The notes: a model not told the origin generated them from the letters alone. A DNA stretch of 49,457 nucleotides from an uncultured Selenomonadaceae bacterium (GCA_902777615.1 CACYUQ010000006.1:1-49457); one strand, 5' to 3'. Numbered from the stretch's first letter, positions 36,835 through 46,402 are shown. Numbers and translations: made by a program.

Positions 36835-38474
36835 ATGACGGCATTTCGTGGCTCGAAAAGCAGTGGGGCGTCGACCCAGATCGGGAGACACCCGCAATCA
36901 CGAAAGAGGACGGCGTCGACTATGTGGCGGCGAAGCCCATCGTCCTGATGGGCCATCATTTTTCGTCCATCGCAGGCGCTGGGCCAATCAACGGACCGAT
37001 TCTGGCTTCCGTCTTCGGCTGGCTGCCCGTGTTCCTCTGGTGTGTAATCGGCGGCATCTTCTTTGGCGGCCTTCAGGACTTCGGCTCTCTAGTCGCCTCG
37101 ATTCGTCATGAAGGAAAATCCCTTGGCGAAATCATCAGCGACACGATGGGAAAGACAGCCCAGCGGCTTTTCATCGCGTTCGCGCTACTCGTCCTGATTC
37201 TCGTCATCGCATCGTTTGTCAACGTCGTCGCCGGAACTTTCTTCACTGAGGGAGACGCCTTTGGCATCACCGCGAACCCGAACGGCAACCAAGCCACGGC
37301 GATGATATCCCTGCTGTTCATCGTACTCGCCATCGTCTTCGGTTATGCGACAAACAAACTCGGCGTTGGCACGTTGCCCGCCTCGATTGCCGGTATCTGC
37401 GGCATCGTCGCGATTATCGTCTTCGGCCTGCATTATGGCTTCATGATGAGCCGCTCGGCCTGGATTATCTTCATCGGCGTATATATCACGATTGCGTCGC
37501 TGGTCCCGGTCTGGATTCTGCTCCAGCCCCGCGACTATCTGTCAAGCTTTCTGCTTTACGCAATGATGGGCATTGCCGTCGTCGGCATTGTCGTCTCCGC
37601 ATTCACCGGAACGGCGACGTTCTCCATCCCGATGTTTACGGGCTGGAACACGAAAATCGGCTCGATGTTCCCAGCTCTCTTCATCACCGTCGCTTGCGGC
37701 GCGTGCTCCGGCTTCCATGCGCTGATCTCCACCGGCACCTCATCGAAGCAGCTTGCTAATGAAAAAGACGCGAAGCCCATCGGTTACGGCTCGATGCTGA
37801 TTGAGTCCGCCCTCGGTATCGTGTCGCTGATCGCGGTTGGCATGGTCTTCGACAAATTTACCAGCGGCGGCTTCGGCTCGCCGTCGGCCGCCTTTGGTTC
37901 TGGCATTGCGCTGATGTTCGGCGGGGAAGGCTCCCCCGTCTACAATACGATTTACGCGCTCTTGGTGCTGGCGGTCTCCGTCTTTGCACTGACGAGTCTC
38001 GACACCGGCACGCGCCTGAGCCGCTTCATGTTCTCCGAGTTGTTCCTGAAAACCGGCGAAGCGAATTGGCGGGAAGCGACGGGGGTTCGCAAGCTGCTCG
38101 CACATCCGCTGTTCGGCACGCTTTTGATGGTAACAATCGGCTGCGTACTCGGCGGCCTGAAACTCAACGCGATTTGGGGCCTCTTCGGCGCGGCGAACCA
38201 GCTTCTCGCCGGTATCGCGCTGATGGCGGTCTGCGCGTGGCTCGGCCACGTACAGAAAAACAACAAAATGTTCTTCTTCCCGATGATTTTTATGCTCGGC
38301 GCGACGCTGACGAGCCTCGTTTATACGATTATCAAAAAGATCGGTGTCATCGGCGCGGGCAAGGCCTTCTGGGGCGATTGGTTCCAGCTCGTCTTCGCCG
38401 CCGCGATGGCTGTCCTCGCCGTCATCCTCGTCGTGCAGGGCGTAAAAACCTTCGCCGCGCAAAAAAAACGCTAA
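36835..38474 (+). CDS. cstA: Carbon starvation protein CstA-family transporter; the apparent start is out of frame by one nt
   Basis: LEKQWGVDPDRETPA..DGVDYV....VLMGHHFSSIAGAGPINGPILA.. and many TM segments. The only good RBS+ATG (36835) is in the +1 frame relative to the long ORF (frame of 36750). One extra T in the T3 run at 36844-36846 would give MTAFSWLEKQWG... Confidence 0.8.
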
Positions 38475-38511
38475 CTGGCATACCCCAAGAATTGAAATTC
38501 TGGGCACCAAA

Positions 38512-38545
38512 AAAGCTTCCGTGGAAATTCCCGGAAGCTTTTTTA
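38512..38545. terminator. Bidirectional terminator (cstA / araD)
   Basis: aaagcttccg-tggaaattcc-cggaagcttt flanked by A and T runs. Confidence 0.85.
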
Positions 38546-38582
38546 ATATGCATTTATAGAAAACCATAGATAAATATTGCAA

Positions 38583-39278
38583 TTATCTCTGCCCGTAATA
38601 AGCGTTCGGGCCGTGCTTTCTTCGGTAATGCTTGTCCAAAATATATTGTGGCATCAAAGCGTCTGGATTCAAGAGCGCCGTCTTTAGGTTCATCTCGGCG
38701 ACGACGTCCATGACCACGGCGTGATAAACGGCTGCCGCAGCGTCTTTTCCCCAAGCGAAGGGACCGTGGTTCCTGACCAATACGCCCGGAACCGCCGCCG
38801 GATTCAGTTCCCGCTCCCGGAAGCACTCGACAATGACCTTTCCAGTATTTTGCTCGTAGGCCTCAGCTGTTTCGTCGTCCGTCAGCTCGCGCGTGCAAGG
38901 AATCGCGCCGTAAAAATAATCGGCGTGGGTCGTTCCCAAAGCCGGAATGTCCCGGCCCGCCTGTGCGAACGCAACCGCGTTGACAGAGTGGGTGTGCGTG
39001 ACGCCGCCGATGGACGGAAAGGCCCGGTAAAGCTCCAGATGCGTCGGCGTGTCCGAGGACGGATTGTATTTTCCCGCCACTTTCTCGCCGGTTTCGAGAC
39101 TCACGACCACCATATCTTTAGGCTTCATGACGTCGTAATCGACGCCGGACGGCTTGATGACCATCAGATTTTCCTTCCGGTCGACGCCGCTGACATTGCC
39201 CCAGGTGTAAATCACGACGCCACGACGCACCAGCTCAAGATTGGCCTCGCATACCTGTTCCTTCAGTTCTTCCAGCAT
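38583..39278 (-). CDS. araD: L-ribulose-5-phosphate 4-epimerase (class II aldolase/adducin fold)
   Basis: 231 aa from ATG 39278. [16 protein letters not shown]...TWGNVS..DR......IKPSGVDY.....DMVVVS.ETGE...G...[21 protein letters not shown]......[22 protein letters not shown]...KHYLRKHG..AYYGQ is colinear with my memory of E. coli AraD. Confidence 0.88.
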   Translation of the reverse strand: MLEELKEQVCEANLELVRRGVVIYTWGNVSGVDRKENLMVIKPSGVDYDVMKPKDMVVVSLETGEKVAGKYNPSSDTPTHLELYRAFPSIGGVTHTHSVNAVAFAQAGRDIPALGTTHADYFYGAIPCTRELTDDETAEAYEQNTGKVIVECFRERELNPAAVPGVLVRNHGPFAWGKDAAAAVYHAVVMDVVAEMNLKTALLNPDALMPQYILDKHYRRKHGPNAYYGQR

Positions 39279-39283
39279 CCGGC

Positions 39284-40345
39284 TCACTCTCCGCTTTCCG
39301 TAATGACGTGAGTCCTGTCAGCGCGGAAGTACATCCAGACGTTGCCCTCGAAAATCCGGCGGCCGGGGTCGAAGATGTCGGCCAGCCATTCGCGGCCGGT
39401 GGCGTCTTTCAGGAAGTAGCGCACCTTTTCGCCGAGGAACATGCTGTAGGCCACCTCGACGGGCAGGACGTTTTCCGCCTCCGCCTCGTTCTCGGTGTCC
39501 GCCAGACGAATGGACTCGGGGCGGACAGAGAGGGTGACGGTGCCCGCGGGACAGACGGCGTCGGCCATCAGCGTCGTGTCGCCGTAGGAAACAATCAGCG
39601 CGTCGTTGCCCTCGACTTCCACCAGATTCGTGGTGCCGATGAAATCCGCCACAAAGGGAGTGCGGGGAGCGAAATAAATCTCGTGGGGCGTTCCCTGCTG
39701 GTGCAGGTGTCCTTTTTGCATGATGATGATGGAGTCGGACATCGAGAGCGCTTCCTGCTGGTCGTGGGTGACATAGATCGTCGTAAGCCCCATGTCCCGC
39801 TGGATGGCGCGAAGCTCCACGCGCACGGACTCACGCAGTTTCGCGTCCAGATTGGAGAGCGGCTCGTCCAGGAGCAATACGTCCGGCTTCATGACAAGAG
39901 CGCGAGCCACGGCTACACGCTGTTGCTGGCCGCCGGACATCTGGTTCGGGTAGCGGTCGCCCATGCCCTTGAGCTGCATGAGCTTCAGCGCGTCGTTCAC
40001 CCGTTTTTTCACCTCGGACTCGTCGATATGACGGACATGAAGACCGTAAGCGACGTTTTCATAGACGGTCATGTGGGGAAACAGCGCGTATTCCTGAAAT
40101 ACCATAGCGGTATTGCGCTCATAGGGCGGTACGTGCTCGATCTGCCGCCCGGCAAGCTTGATGGTGCCGCCGTCCGGCTCGTAAAAGCCCGCAATCATGC
40201 GCAAAATCGTAGTCTTGCCGCAGCCCGACGGACCCAACAGAGTGACGAAATCCCCTTTCTTCACCTGGAAGCTCACATCGTGAATCACTTGGGTATTGCC
40301 AAAGAACTTTTGAAGATTTTTCAGTTCCATTACGATTTCAGCCAT
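39284..40345 (-). CDS. ABC transporter ATP-binding protein (FbpC/AfuC/PotA type with C-terminal TOBE-like domain)
   Basis: GPSGCGKTT (Walker A), [15 protein letters not shown] (signature) and [11 protein letters not shown] (Walker B). Start at ATG 40345 after GAGGAGG. Confidence 0.92.
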   Translation of the reverse strand: MAEIVMELKNLQKFFGNTQVIHDVSFQVKKGDFVTLLGPSGCGKTTILRMIAGFYEPDGGTIKLAGRQIEHVPPYERNTAMVFQEYALFPHMTVYENVAYGLHVRHIDESEVKKRVNDALKLMQLKGMGDRYPNQMSGGQQQRVAVARALVMKPDVLLLDEPLSNLDAKLRESVRVELRAIQRDMGLTTIYVTHDQQEALSMSDSIIIMQKGHLHQQGTPHEIYFAPRTPFVADFIGTTNLVEVEGNDALIVSYGDTTLMADAVCPAGTVTLSVRPESIRLADTENEAEAENVLPVEVAYSMFLGEKVRYFLKDATGREWLADIFDPGRRIFEGNVWMYFRADRTHVITESGE

Positions 40346-40361
40346 CGTGCGTTCCTCCTCA

Positions 40362-42023
40362 TTATAAATCGAAAATATTGATTTGGTCGCGCAGGATGAG
40401 CTTTGCGAGACCAAAGGTCAGGAAGATGGTGAGCATCATGCCCACGGCGGTGGCGCTGGCGACGGTCAAAAAGCCCTGATTGGCAAGACTCATGATATTG
40501 ATGGAAGCCAGATTCCACTCGGGCGAGATGAGAAAGATAACGGTGCTGAGCGTATTCATCGACCGCATGAAGGAATAGACGAAGCTGACGGAAAGCGAAT
40601 TCTTCAGCATCGGGACGACGATTTTCCAGAAAGTCGTCAGGCTGTCCGCGCCGAGATTCGTGGAGGCCTGCTCCAGCGATTTTTCGATCTGCGAGAGTCC
40701 GGAAACCGCCTGCCGATATCCTACAGGGAGCTGCCGCAGCGTCATACCCACGACGACGATGATCAGCGTGCCGGTCATTTCCAAAGGACCGGAATTGAAC
40801 GCCATGATCAGCGCGAGACCGATGAAGGTACCCGGCAGCGACACCGGCAGCATCGCGAGAAAGTCCATGAGCGCCCGCCCGGGGAAGCGCCGCCGAAGCG
40901 TCAGGAACGCCAGCGCAATGCCAAGGAGCGTCGTGACAACGGCGGTCGTCATCGAAGCCATCCAGCTGTTCTTCATTGAGGAAGACTGCAAAACGCCTTC
41001 AATGAAGTAATCCATCGTGAAGGTGTAGTCGAAACCGAACGCGCGCGTAAACGCGAACAGGCAAACGACGCCGATAATCAGTAGGATGGAGAACGAAATG
41101 AAACAACAAAACGCGAACAGCATCCAGCGCACCGCCGGGCTTACCGTGACCCGGGTCAATCCCGCGACCGGTTTGCCGGTGACAGTAACGTAAGAATTCT
41201 TTTCCAGATAATAGCGCTGGATAAAAAAGACGACGAGCGTCGGAATGACGAGGAATACGGACAGCACGGCGCCCATCGGAAGATTCCAAGCGCCTACGAC
41301 CTGTGCGTAAGCCTCCGTCGCCAGCACATGATAGTTCGCCCCGACCAGCATCGGGTTGCCGAAGTCAGCGAGGCTGTTGATAGCGACCAGCAAAAAGGCG
41401 CTGGCCAAACCGGGGGTCGCCAGCCGCAGCGTAACCGTGCGGAAGAGGTAAAAGCCTTTGGCCCCGAGATTTTGCGCCGCCAGCTCCAGATTCGGGCTGA
41501 TGGATTTCAAGACACCCGAGATCGTGATATAGGCCAGCGGGAAAAAGGCGATGGTCTGCACCACCCAGAGGCCGAACCAGCCGTAAAGGTCAACTTTCAA
41601 ATCCAAAAGATTATATGTGATGAAACCACGCCGCCCGAACAACATAATGAAGGCAAGGCCCGAAATCACCGAAGGAGCCATGGACGGCAACAGCGCTACG
41701 ACCTGGAAGAACCGCCGCCCCGGCAGGACGGTGTAGTTCATCGCGTAGGCGTAAAGAAAGCCCAGGACCATTGCGGAAGCCGTGGACAAAAGGGAAGAAA
41801 AGAGCGTGTGGGCAAAAGCCTCCTGGAACTCTTTGCCTGTAATGGCCAGAGCCCAGTCCAGTGAAGACGGAACAAGAATAAGCTTGATAAACGGATAAAT
41901 GATAAAGACCGCAAACATCAAAAAGAGCAGCCCTATGGCCAGTAGAAGCTGGGGCTCGCGGCGGAGCGCCCGGATTTCCGAAGTCCAGCCCGTCTGCTCT
42001 TGACCGACAGAAGCAGCTTGCAT
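40362..42023 (-). CDS. ABC transporter permease, fused two-domain (FbpB/AfuB type)
   Basis: 553 aa with about 12 TM segments in two tandem halves, each with an EAA-like loop (..LELAAQNLGA.. and ..LEQASTNLGA..). Confidence 0.9.
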   Translation of the reverse strand: MQAASVGQEQTGWTSEIRALRREPQLLLAIGLLFLMFAVFIIYPFIKLILVPSSLDWALAITGKEFQEAFAHTLFSSLLSTASAMVLGFLYAYAMNYTVLPGRRFFQVVALLPSMAPSVISGLAFIMLFGRRGFITYNLLDLKVDLYGWFGLWVVQTIAFFPLAYITISGVLKSISPNLELAAQNLGAKGFYLFRTVTLRLATPGLASAFLLVAINSLADFGNPMLVGANYHVLATEAYAQVVGAWNLPMGAVLSVFLVIPTLVVFFIQRYYLEKNSYVTVTGKPVAGLTRVTVSPAVRWMLFAFCCFISFSILLIIGVVCLFAFTRAFGFDYTFTMDYFIEGVLQSSSMKNSWMASMTTAVVTTLLGIALAFLTLRRRFPGRALMDFLAMLPVSLPGTFIGLALIMAFNSGPLEMTGTLIIVVVGMTLRQLPVGYRQAVSGLSQIEKSLEQASTNLGADSLTTFWKIVVPMLKNSLSVSFVYSFMRSMNTLSTVIFLISPEWNLASINIMSLANQGFLTVASATAVGMMLTIFLTFGLAKLILRDQINIFDL

Positions 42024-42065
42024 ATTACCACCTCATAAGAAAGAAACGCAAAGAAAGAAAGAAAT

Positions 42066-42310
42066 AAGAGTGAACGCGGAAAGTGGAGAGTTCAGAGACG
42101 TTTCTCCGCACTCTTCACTCCCCACATTTCACTCTGTCTTTCAACTGCGATTTTTCATTGGTTTTTATAGGGGATTTCTTATACTAGAACCTATTAAAAT
42201 CATCTGATTTTTCTAGGTTCTGCATAAGACGTCATACGAGCCGTAGGCTCGTATGTAGCCTGCATAGCAGGCGTATCTTCGGTTAAAAATTATATAATTT
42301 TTAACCGAAG
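42066..42310. repeat. Cluster of at least five stem-loops/palindromes in the SBP-permease spacer
   Basis: A perfect 34-nt palindrome cttcggttaaaaattatataatttttaaccgaag lies at 42277-42310. Other elements: gcctgc-ata-gcaggc (42258-42272); catacgagc-cgtag-gctcgtatg (42233-42255); agaaccta...taggttct (42186-42221); and a long imperfect hairpin at 42066-42115. Confidence 0.85.
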
Positions 42311-42317
42311 ATTGTTA

Positions 42318-43370
42318 TCAGAGACCTGCGAACTTCGCCGTCAGAGCGTCTTTTTCTTTGCCGGCCTTCTCGAAATTATAGTCCTTGTAAAGCGGCAGTT
42401 CGTTCAGCGGCTTGCTGCCCGCCGGAGTGATGGACTTCGGGTTGCAGGCGATGCCGTTCGCCGTCTTGACCATCGCGTCGCCGGCTTCCTTTGACATCAT
42501 GTAGTCGATGAAAGCGTTCGCAGCGGCGTCATGCGGCGCGCCCTTCAGCTTCGAGACGCCGCAGAGCGTCCAGCCCGCGTTCGGGAATACCGTGCTGATA
42601 ATCTTCTGTCCCTTGTTGCTGACATTCATCTGATCGGACAGGAAATTGACCGTGATCAGGAATTCGCCCGCGCCGCACTTCTGCGCTGGGGTAAAGCCCG
42701 ACGGCGTGAGCTGCGCCACGTTCGCCTTGATGCCCTTCAGGAGCTCCAGACCTTTTTCCTCGCCCATGCACTGAACCACGGACGTGATGAAGGTGCTGCC
42801 CGTTCCCGATTTCGCCGGATCCGGCATGATGATCTCACCTTTGAACTCCGGCTTCAACAGGTCTTCCAACTTCGTGGGCATTTCCACTTTGCCTTTGAAT
42901 TCTTTGTTGAAACGCGCTTCGTTTACGCCGATGGCCAGTGTCTCCAGATAGGTGCCCTTCCAGAAGCCGTCTTTATCCACATAGGCGGCAGGCAAATTCT
43001 TCTCATCCGGCGACGTGTACTTCGTCGTGATGCCCTCGGCTTTCATTTTCTCATGAGCGTCGATGGTGCCGCCGAGCCAGACGTCAGCTTTTGGCGCGTC
43101 CTTCTCGGCCATCAGGCGTGCCACGGCCTCACCGGTCGGCAGGCGGATAAACTTGACCTCGCAGCCCGTCTTCTCTTTGAAGCCCTTCGCCAGCTCCTTA
43201 GCCGTGTCCTCATGGAAAGATACGTACATGACGACCTCTTTCCCCTTCAGGGACTGTTCCGCCGCTTTGTTATCCTTCGGCTTCTCGCCCCCGCCGCCTC
43301 CTCCGCAGCCAAGCGCCGTGAGCATACACGCGCCAGCTAGGAAAGCAGCGGCCATTTTCTTAAAGTTCAT
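42318..43370 (-). CDS. ABC transporter periplasmic substrate-binding protein (FbpA/AfuA-type), probable lipoprotein
   Basis: Signal sequence with Cys plus a poly-Gly tether (LTALGCGGGGGG). VVMYVS....A..L...F...TG..V...R..TGE...R..AE......ADVW.GG is typical of Fbp/Afu/Pot-type binding proteins. Confidence 0.85.
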   Translation of the reverse strand: MNFKKMAAAFLAGACMLTALGCGGGGGGEKPKDNKAAEQSLKGKEVVMYVSFHEDTAKELAKGFKEKTGCEVKFIRLPTGEAVARLMAEKDAPKADVWLGGTIDAHEKMKAEGITTKYTSPDEKNLPAAYVDKDGFWKGTYLETLAIGVNEARFNKEFKGKVEMPTKLEDLLKPEFKGEIIMPDPAKSGTGSTFITSVVQCMGEEKGLELLKGIKANVAQLTPSGFTPAQKCGAGEFLITVNFLSDQMNVSNKGQKIISTVFPNAGWTLCGVSKLKGAPHDAAANAFIDYMMSKEAGDAMVKTANGIACNPKSITPAGSKPLNELPLYKDYNFEKAGKEKDALTAKFAGL

Positions 43371-43560
43371 TCGTCCTCTCCCCTTTCAGATAATTCTTAC
43401 AATCGACCTGACTTTATTATATCATTTACGCCACAGAAAACAAGAGGGATTTCCGCCCCACCTCTGGAGAAATTTTCTGATACAAATTTTTCGATATTTA
43501 TACGTCGTCCTATCATAAAAATATTTTCACATCGCAAAGAATAAATGCTTATTGACATAG

Positions 43561-43598
43561 AAAAGGCTTCCGAGAAAATCCCAGAAGCCTTTTTTTAT
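43561..43598 (-). terminator. Terminator downstream of the CofE-like gene
   Basis: aaggcttc...gaagcctt stem flanked by A/T runs, immediately after the stop at 43601. Confidence 0.65.
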
Positions 43599-43600
43599 AG

Positions 43601-44782
43601 TCATTCCGTCGCGTAATTCGTAAAGTAATTCTGAATCAATACGACCGGCGTTCCACGGTCGCCGCTGCCACTGGTCAGGTCGCAAAGGCTTCCCAAGAGA
43701 TCCGTCAACTGCCGAGGCGTTGTCCCCTGAGAGGTCATATCCCCTACAAGGTTCGAATCTTTGGCCTTGATCTTTTCTTTCATCGCTTCTGCCAGTTCCT
43801 GGCCGCTCAAATCTTTCAGGTCATTGTCCGCGAAGTACTTCATCTTCAATTCGTTTGGCGTCCCCCGGAGACCTTCCGTATACGCCGGGGACACCACCGG
43901 ATCCGCCAATTCCCAGATACCGCCGACGGGATCCTTGAATCCGCCGTCGCCGTAAATCATTACCTCCAGCTTTTTGCCCGTAGCCTTCTGCAGTGCCTGC
44001 TGCAAGCGATCCACGAAGCTCTGGCAATCCCGCGGGAACAGCTTCACTTTTTCCTCCGTCGCCTTGTTGGCGCCTAAAAGGCCATATTTCTCATTATATC
44101 CGCTCCCGTCCACCGAGGCGGTCATGATGTCATCGAGGCTGTAGACGCGCTCTGCGCCGCCCATCTGCAGGATGCGCTTTGTGCGCTTCCTCGTATGGAT
44201 ATCGCAGTTAATCACATTTTTCGTGTACTTCAAAATGTAACAGGGATCGTTGGAGAATACGATTTCAATGTTCGCGCCGAGACTCTTGTAATATTCGATA
44301 TAGTCCACTCCGGTGAACGGATGAACGGTGTCAAAGCCGAACACTTTCCGGAAGCCATTCTCGTCAAAGCTGTCCTTATATGGATCGACCTTCTTCGCGT
44401 CCACTTCGTCCACGCTGATCAGATGGTTCCCCACCTCATCCGACGGATAGGAAAGCTGCACATAGAGCTTTTTACAGGACATACTGAGTGCCCGCAACAT
44501 GATCGCAAAACGGTTCCGGCTCAGAATCGGAAAAACGATGCCCATATCCTCCCCGCCGAGTTTTTGGCTGACGTCTTTGGCGATCTGCTGGACAGTCGCG
44601 TAATTCCCTTGCGTCCGAGCCACGACTGCCTCCGTGACACCGAGGACGTCTCTGTCCTGCAGCGCAAATCCTTCCTCTTTGGACGCTTTGAGCAGGCCAT
44701 CCCGGATCAGAGAAACGAGATCATCTCCTTCTTTGAAAATCGGCATAATGATTCCTCTGGAGGTTACCCCTGTGTACCGCAT
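43601..44782 (-). CDS. F420-0:gamma-glutamyl ligase (CofE)-fold protein, long form, function unknown
   Basis: 393 aa. PIFKEGDDLVSLI....L.D.DVLGVTEAVVARTQG, then GLLGANKAT....LFPRD....V..L......GKKLEVMIYGDGGF, ending GSGDRGTPVVLI. These are motif positions of PF01996-type proteins as I remember them. Confidence 0.6.
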   Translation of the reverse strand: MRYTGVTSRGIIMPIFKEGDDLVSLIRDGLLKASKEEGFALQDRDVLGVTEAVVARTQGNYATVQQIAKDVSQKLGGEDMGIVFPILSRNRFAIMLRALSMSCKKLYVQLSYPSDEVGNHLISVDEVDAKKVDPYKDSFDENGFRKVFGFDTVHPFTGVDYIEYYKSLGANIEIVFSNDPCYILKYTKNVINCDIHTRKRTKRILQMGGAERVYSLDDIMTASVDGSGYNEKYGLLGANKATEEKVKLFPRDCQSFVDRLQQALQKATGKKLEVMIYGDGGFKDPVGGIWELADPVVSPAYTEGLRGTPNELKMKYFADNDLKDLSGQELAEAMKEKIKAKDSNLVGDMTSQGTTPRQLTDLLGSLCDLTSGSGDRGTPVVLIQNYFTNYATE

Positions 44783-44820
44783 CTTTCTTCCCTTACTTTC
44801 TTTTAGGATTTATATGAAGT

Positions 44821-45774
44821 TTACATTTCCCTCAACCGATCAAAAAACTCCTTATCCACCGGGCAGTTATTTTCTTCCCTGCTGATGGTCATAGATGCCA
44901 ACCGGGCACCATACCCCGTGGCCTCCGCCAGAGGAACGCCCCGAATCAGCCCCATTACTGTCCCGGAAAAGAACGCGTCGCCTGCCCCGGTAGTATCAAT
45001 CACCTTTGTCGGACAGGGCGGACAAATCCCAGCACTCTTTGTTTCCTTGTCATAATAGACCGCGCCTTGTTCTCCCATAGTGACCACCACGGACTGCAAG
45101 CCTTCCTTTTCTACCGCTTTTGGCAGCCAGTCGCACACTTCCTCCGTTGTACAACCTAAAATTTCCTTGCCAAAAAACTTCGTGGCCTCTATATCATTGC
45201 AAATAAAACACTTGGTCTGCCGGATTAAATCTTTTCGCGCCAAAACGACACTCAAGTTTCCGACAATGGTATAGACATCCTTCCCGTACCGCTTTGCCAA
45301 ATTGACAGTCATCTCAGCGACCTGCTCGTTGAGATCCACTTCAAGCGCGACGGCTTCTGCCTGCCGGATAATCTCTTCCCCCCGGGCTTTCATATGAGCT
45401 TCCAAGTAACTGAAATCGGGCATCTTGGAGATGGAACCGGTCAGGTCTCCCTTCTCGTCAAGGATCGCCAGCCATATACCAATCCCGTGATCCGGGACTT
45501 TGACCGCATAACTGAGATCTGCACCGATTTCCTTTAGATGCTGTGTCACTTCCAGGCCGATTGCCGAATCCTCCAGCATCCCGACATAGGAGACGGGCAT
45601 CCCCACATTTGCGAAATTTTCCACGACATTGCGCCCGACGCCGCCATGAACAAATTTTACTTCCCCCAAGTTACGCCCTTGAGGATCGTAGATGTTCTTC
45701 GAAAATCCCTTAATATCCACAAAAGTCGTTCCGATTACAACCGAAGGCCTCATTCTTTTCACCGTCATTTCCAC
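44821..45774 (-). CDS. PfkB-family kinase, pseudouridine-kinase (PsuK/YeiC)-like
   Basis: VVIGTTFVDIKG...GEVKFVHGGVGRNVVENFA (the GGVGRN motif is characteristic of PsuK-like members). C-terminal DTTGAGDAFFSG anion-hole motif. Confidence 0.75.
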   Translation of the reverse strand: MEMTVKRMRPSVVIGTTFVDIKGFSKNIYDPQGRNLGEVKFVHGGVGRNVVENFANVGMPVSYVGMLEDSAIGLEVTQHLKEIGADLSYAVKVPDHGIGIWLAILDEKGDLTGSISKMPDFSYLEAHMKARGEEIIRQAEAVALEVDLNEQVAEMTVNLAKRYGKDVYTIVGNLSVVLARKDLIRQTKCFICNDIEATKFFGKEILGCTTEEVCDWLPKAVEKEGLQSVVVTMGEQGAVYYDKETKSAGICPPCPTKVIDTTGAGDAFFSGTVMGLIRGVPLAEATGYGARLASMTISREENNCPVDKEFFDRLREM

Positions 45775-45958
45775 TAAGGATATCCGTAGACTTCATCGGC
45801 AAAACACATAGCATCGTTCTTCAATACTTTAGTATAGCAAACAGTGCAGTCTCCGTCAATGGCGTTGATATGCTTGACGTTTTAATGTTGCCACTTTCTT
45901 AACGCAGCGACTTTTGTTATAATTGAAGCACGATATATTACCCCATGGAGGATTACTT

Positions 45959-46282
45959 ATGCTCTTAACCGCTATCTCTTATGTGGATAAGACTATCTAT
46001 GCCCGTGCGCTTCAAGTAAACAAAGTCCAAAACGGATATGACATTATTTCAGACTTCCCGGAACGACATCTTGACGAAGACGAATTAGGAAAATGCATCG
46101 GGGAATATATGGTTGTGGATAAGAATGCCCGCGTAGCACTGCTTTGCCTTAAGAAACATCTCGAAAGAAAAATCGCTGAAGCCAGGGTTTCGGGAAACGA
46201 AGACGCCACCGCTCCCATGCTTGAGGCCTTAAGAGCCACAACACAAGCGGCGGCAATAGCCAATAATTATTCAGAGTTATAA
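45959..46282 (+). CDS. Hypothetical protein (107 aa)
   Basis: ATG at 45959 lies 8 nt after GGAGG. Lower-GC segment, no recognisable motif, and a terminator follows at 46362-46398. Confidence 0.45.
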   Translation: MLLTAISYVDKTIYARALQVNKVQNGYDIISDFPERHLDEDELGKCIGEYMVVDKNARVALLCLKKHLERKIAEARVSGNEDATAPMLEALRATTQAAAIANNYSEL

Positions 46283-46361
46283 TATGAACCAATACAAAAC
46301 CGATAAGACGAAACGTTATAGCTAATAATAGTTAGGTACCTTTTTAGGGACACTAACACAA

Positions 46362-46398
46362 AAAGGCTTCGGGGCAAATGCCTCGAAGCCTTGATTTT
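46362..46398. terminator. Bidirectional terminator (hypothetical ORF / tRNA-Thr)
   Basis: ggcttcgggg-caaatg-cctcgaagcc stem flanked by A5 and ttgatttt. Confidence 0.75.
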
Positions 46399-46402
46399 CC
46401 TA

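Noticed and set aside
36835-36948. A 37-codon ORF starting at the strong RBS/ATG, considered as a regulatory leader peptide upstream of cstA.
   Set aside because: It overlaps the conserved CstA N-terminal coding sequence (LEKQWGVDPD...) in another frame. A 1-nt frameshift at the T-run explains the data more simply.
43371-43560. Possible riboswitch or leader in the 190-nt region upstream of the ABC-transporter SBP gene.
   Set aside because: Only a promoter-like TTGTTT-n16-TATAAT and a short unstructured leader are visible. No conserved riboswitch core (TPP, FMN, glycine and so on) was recognised.
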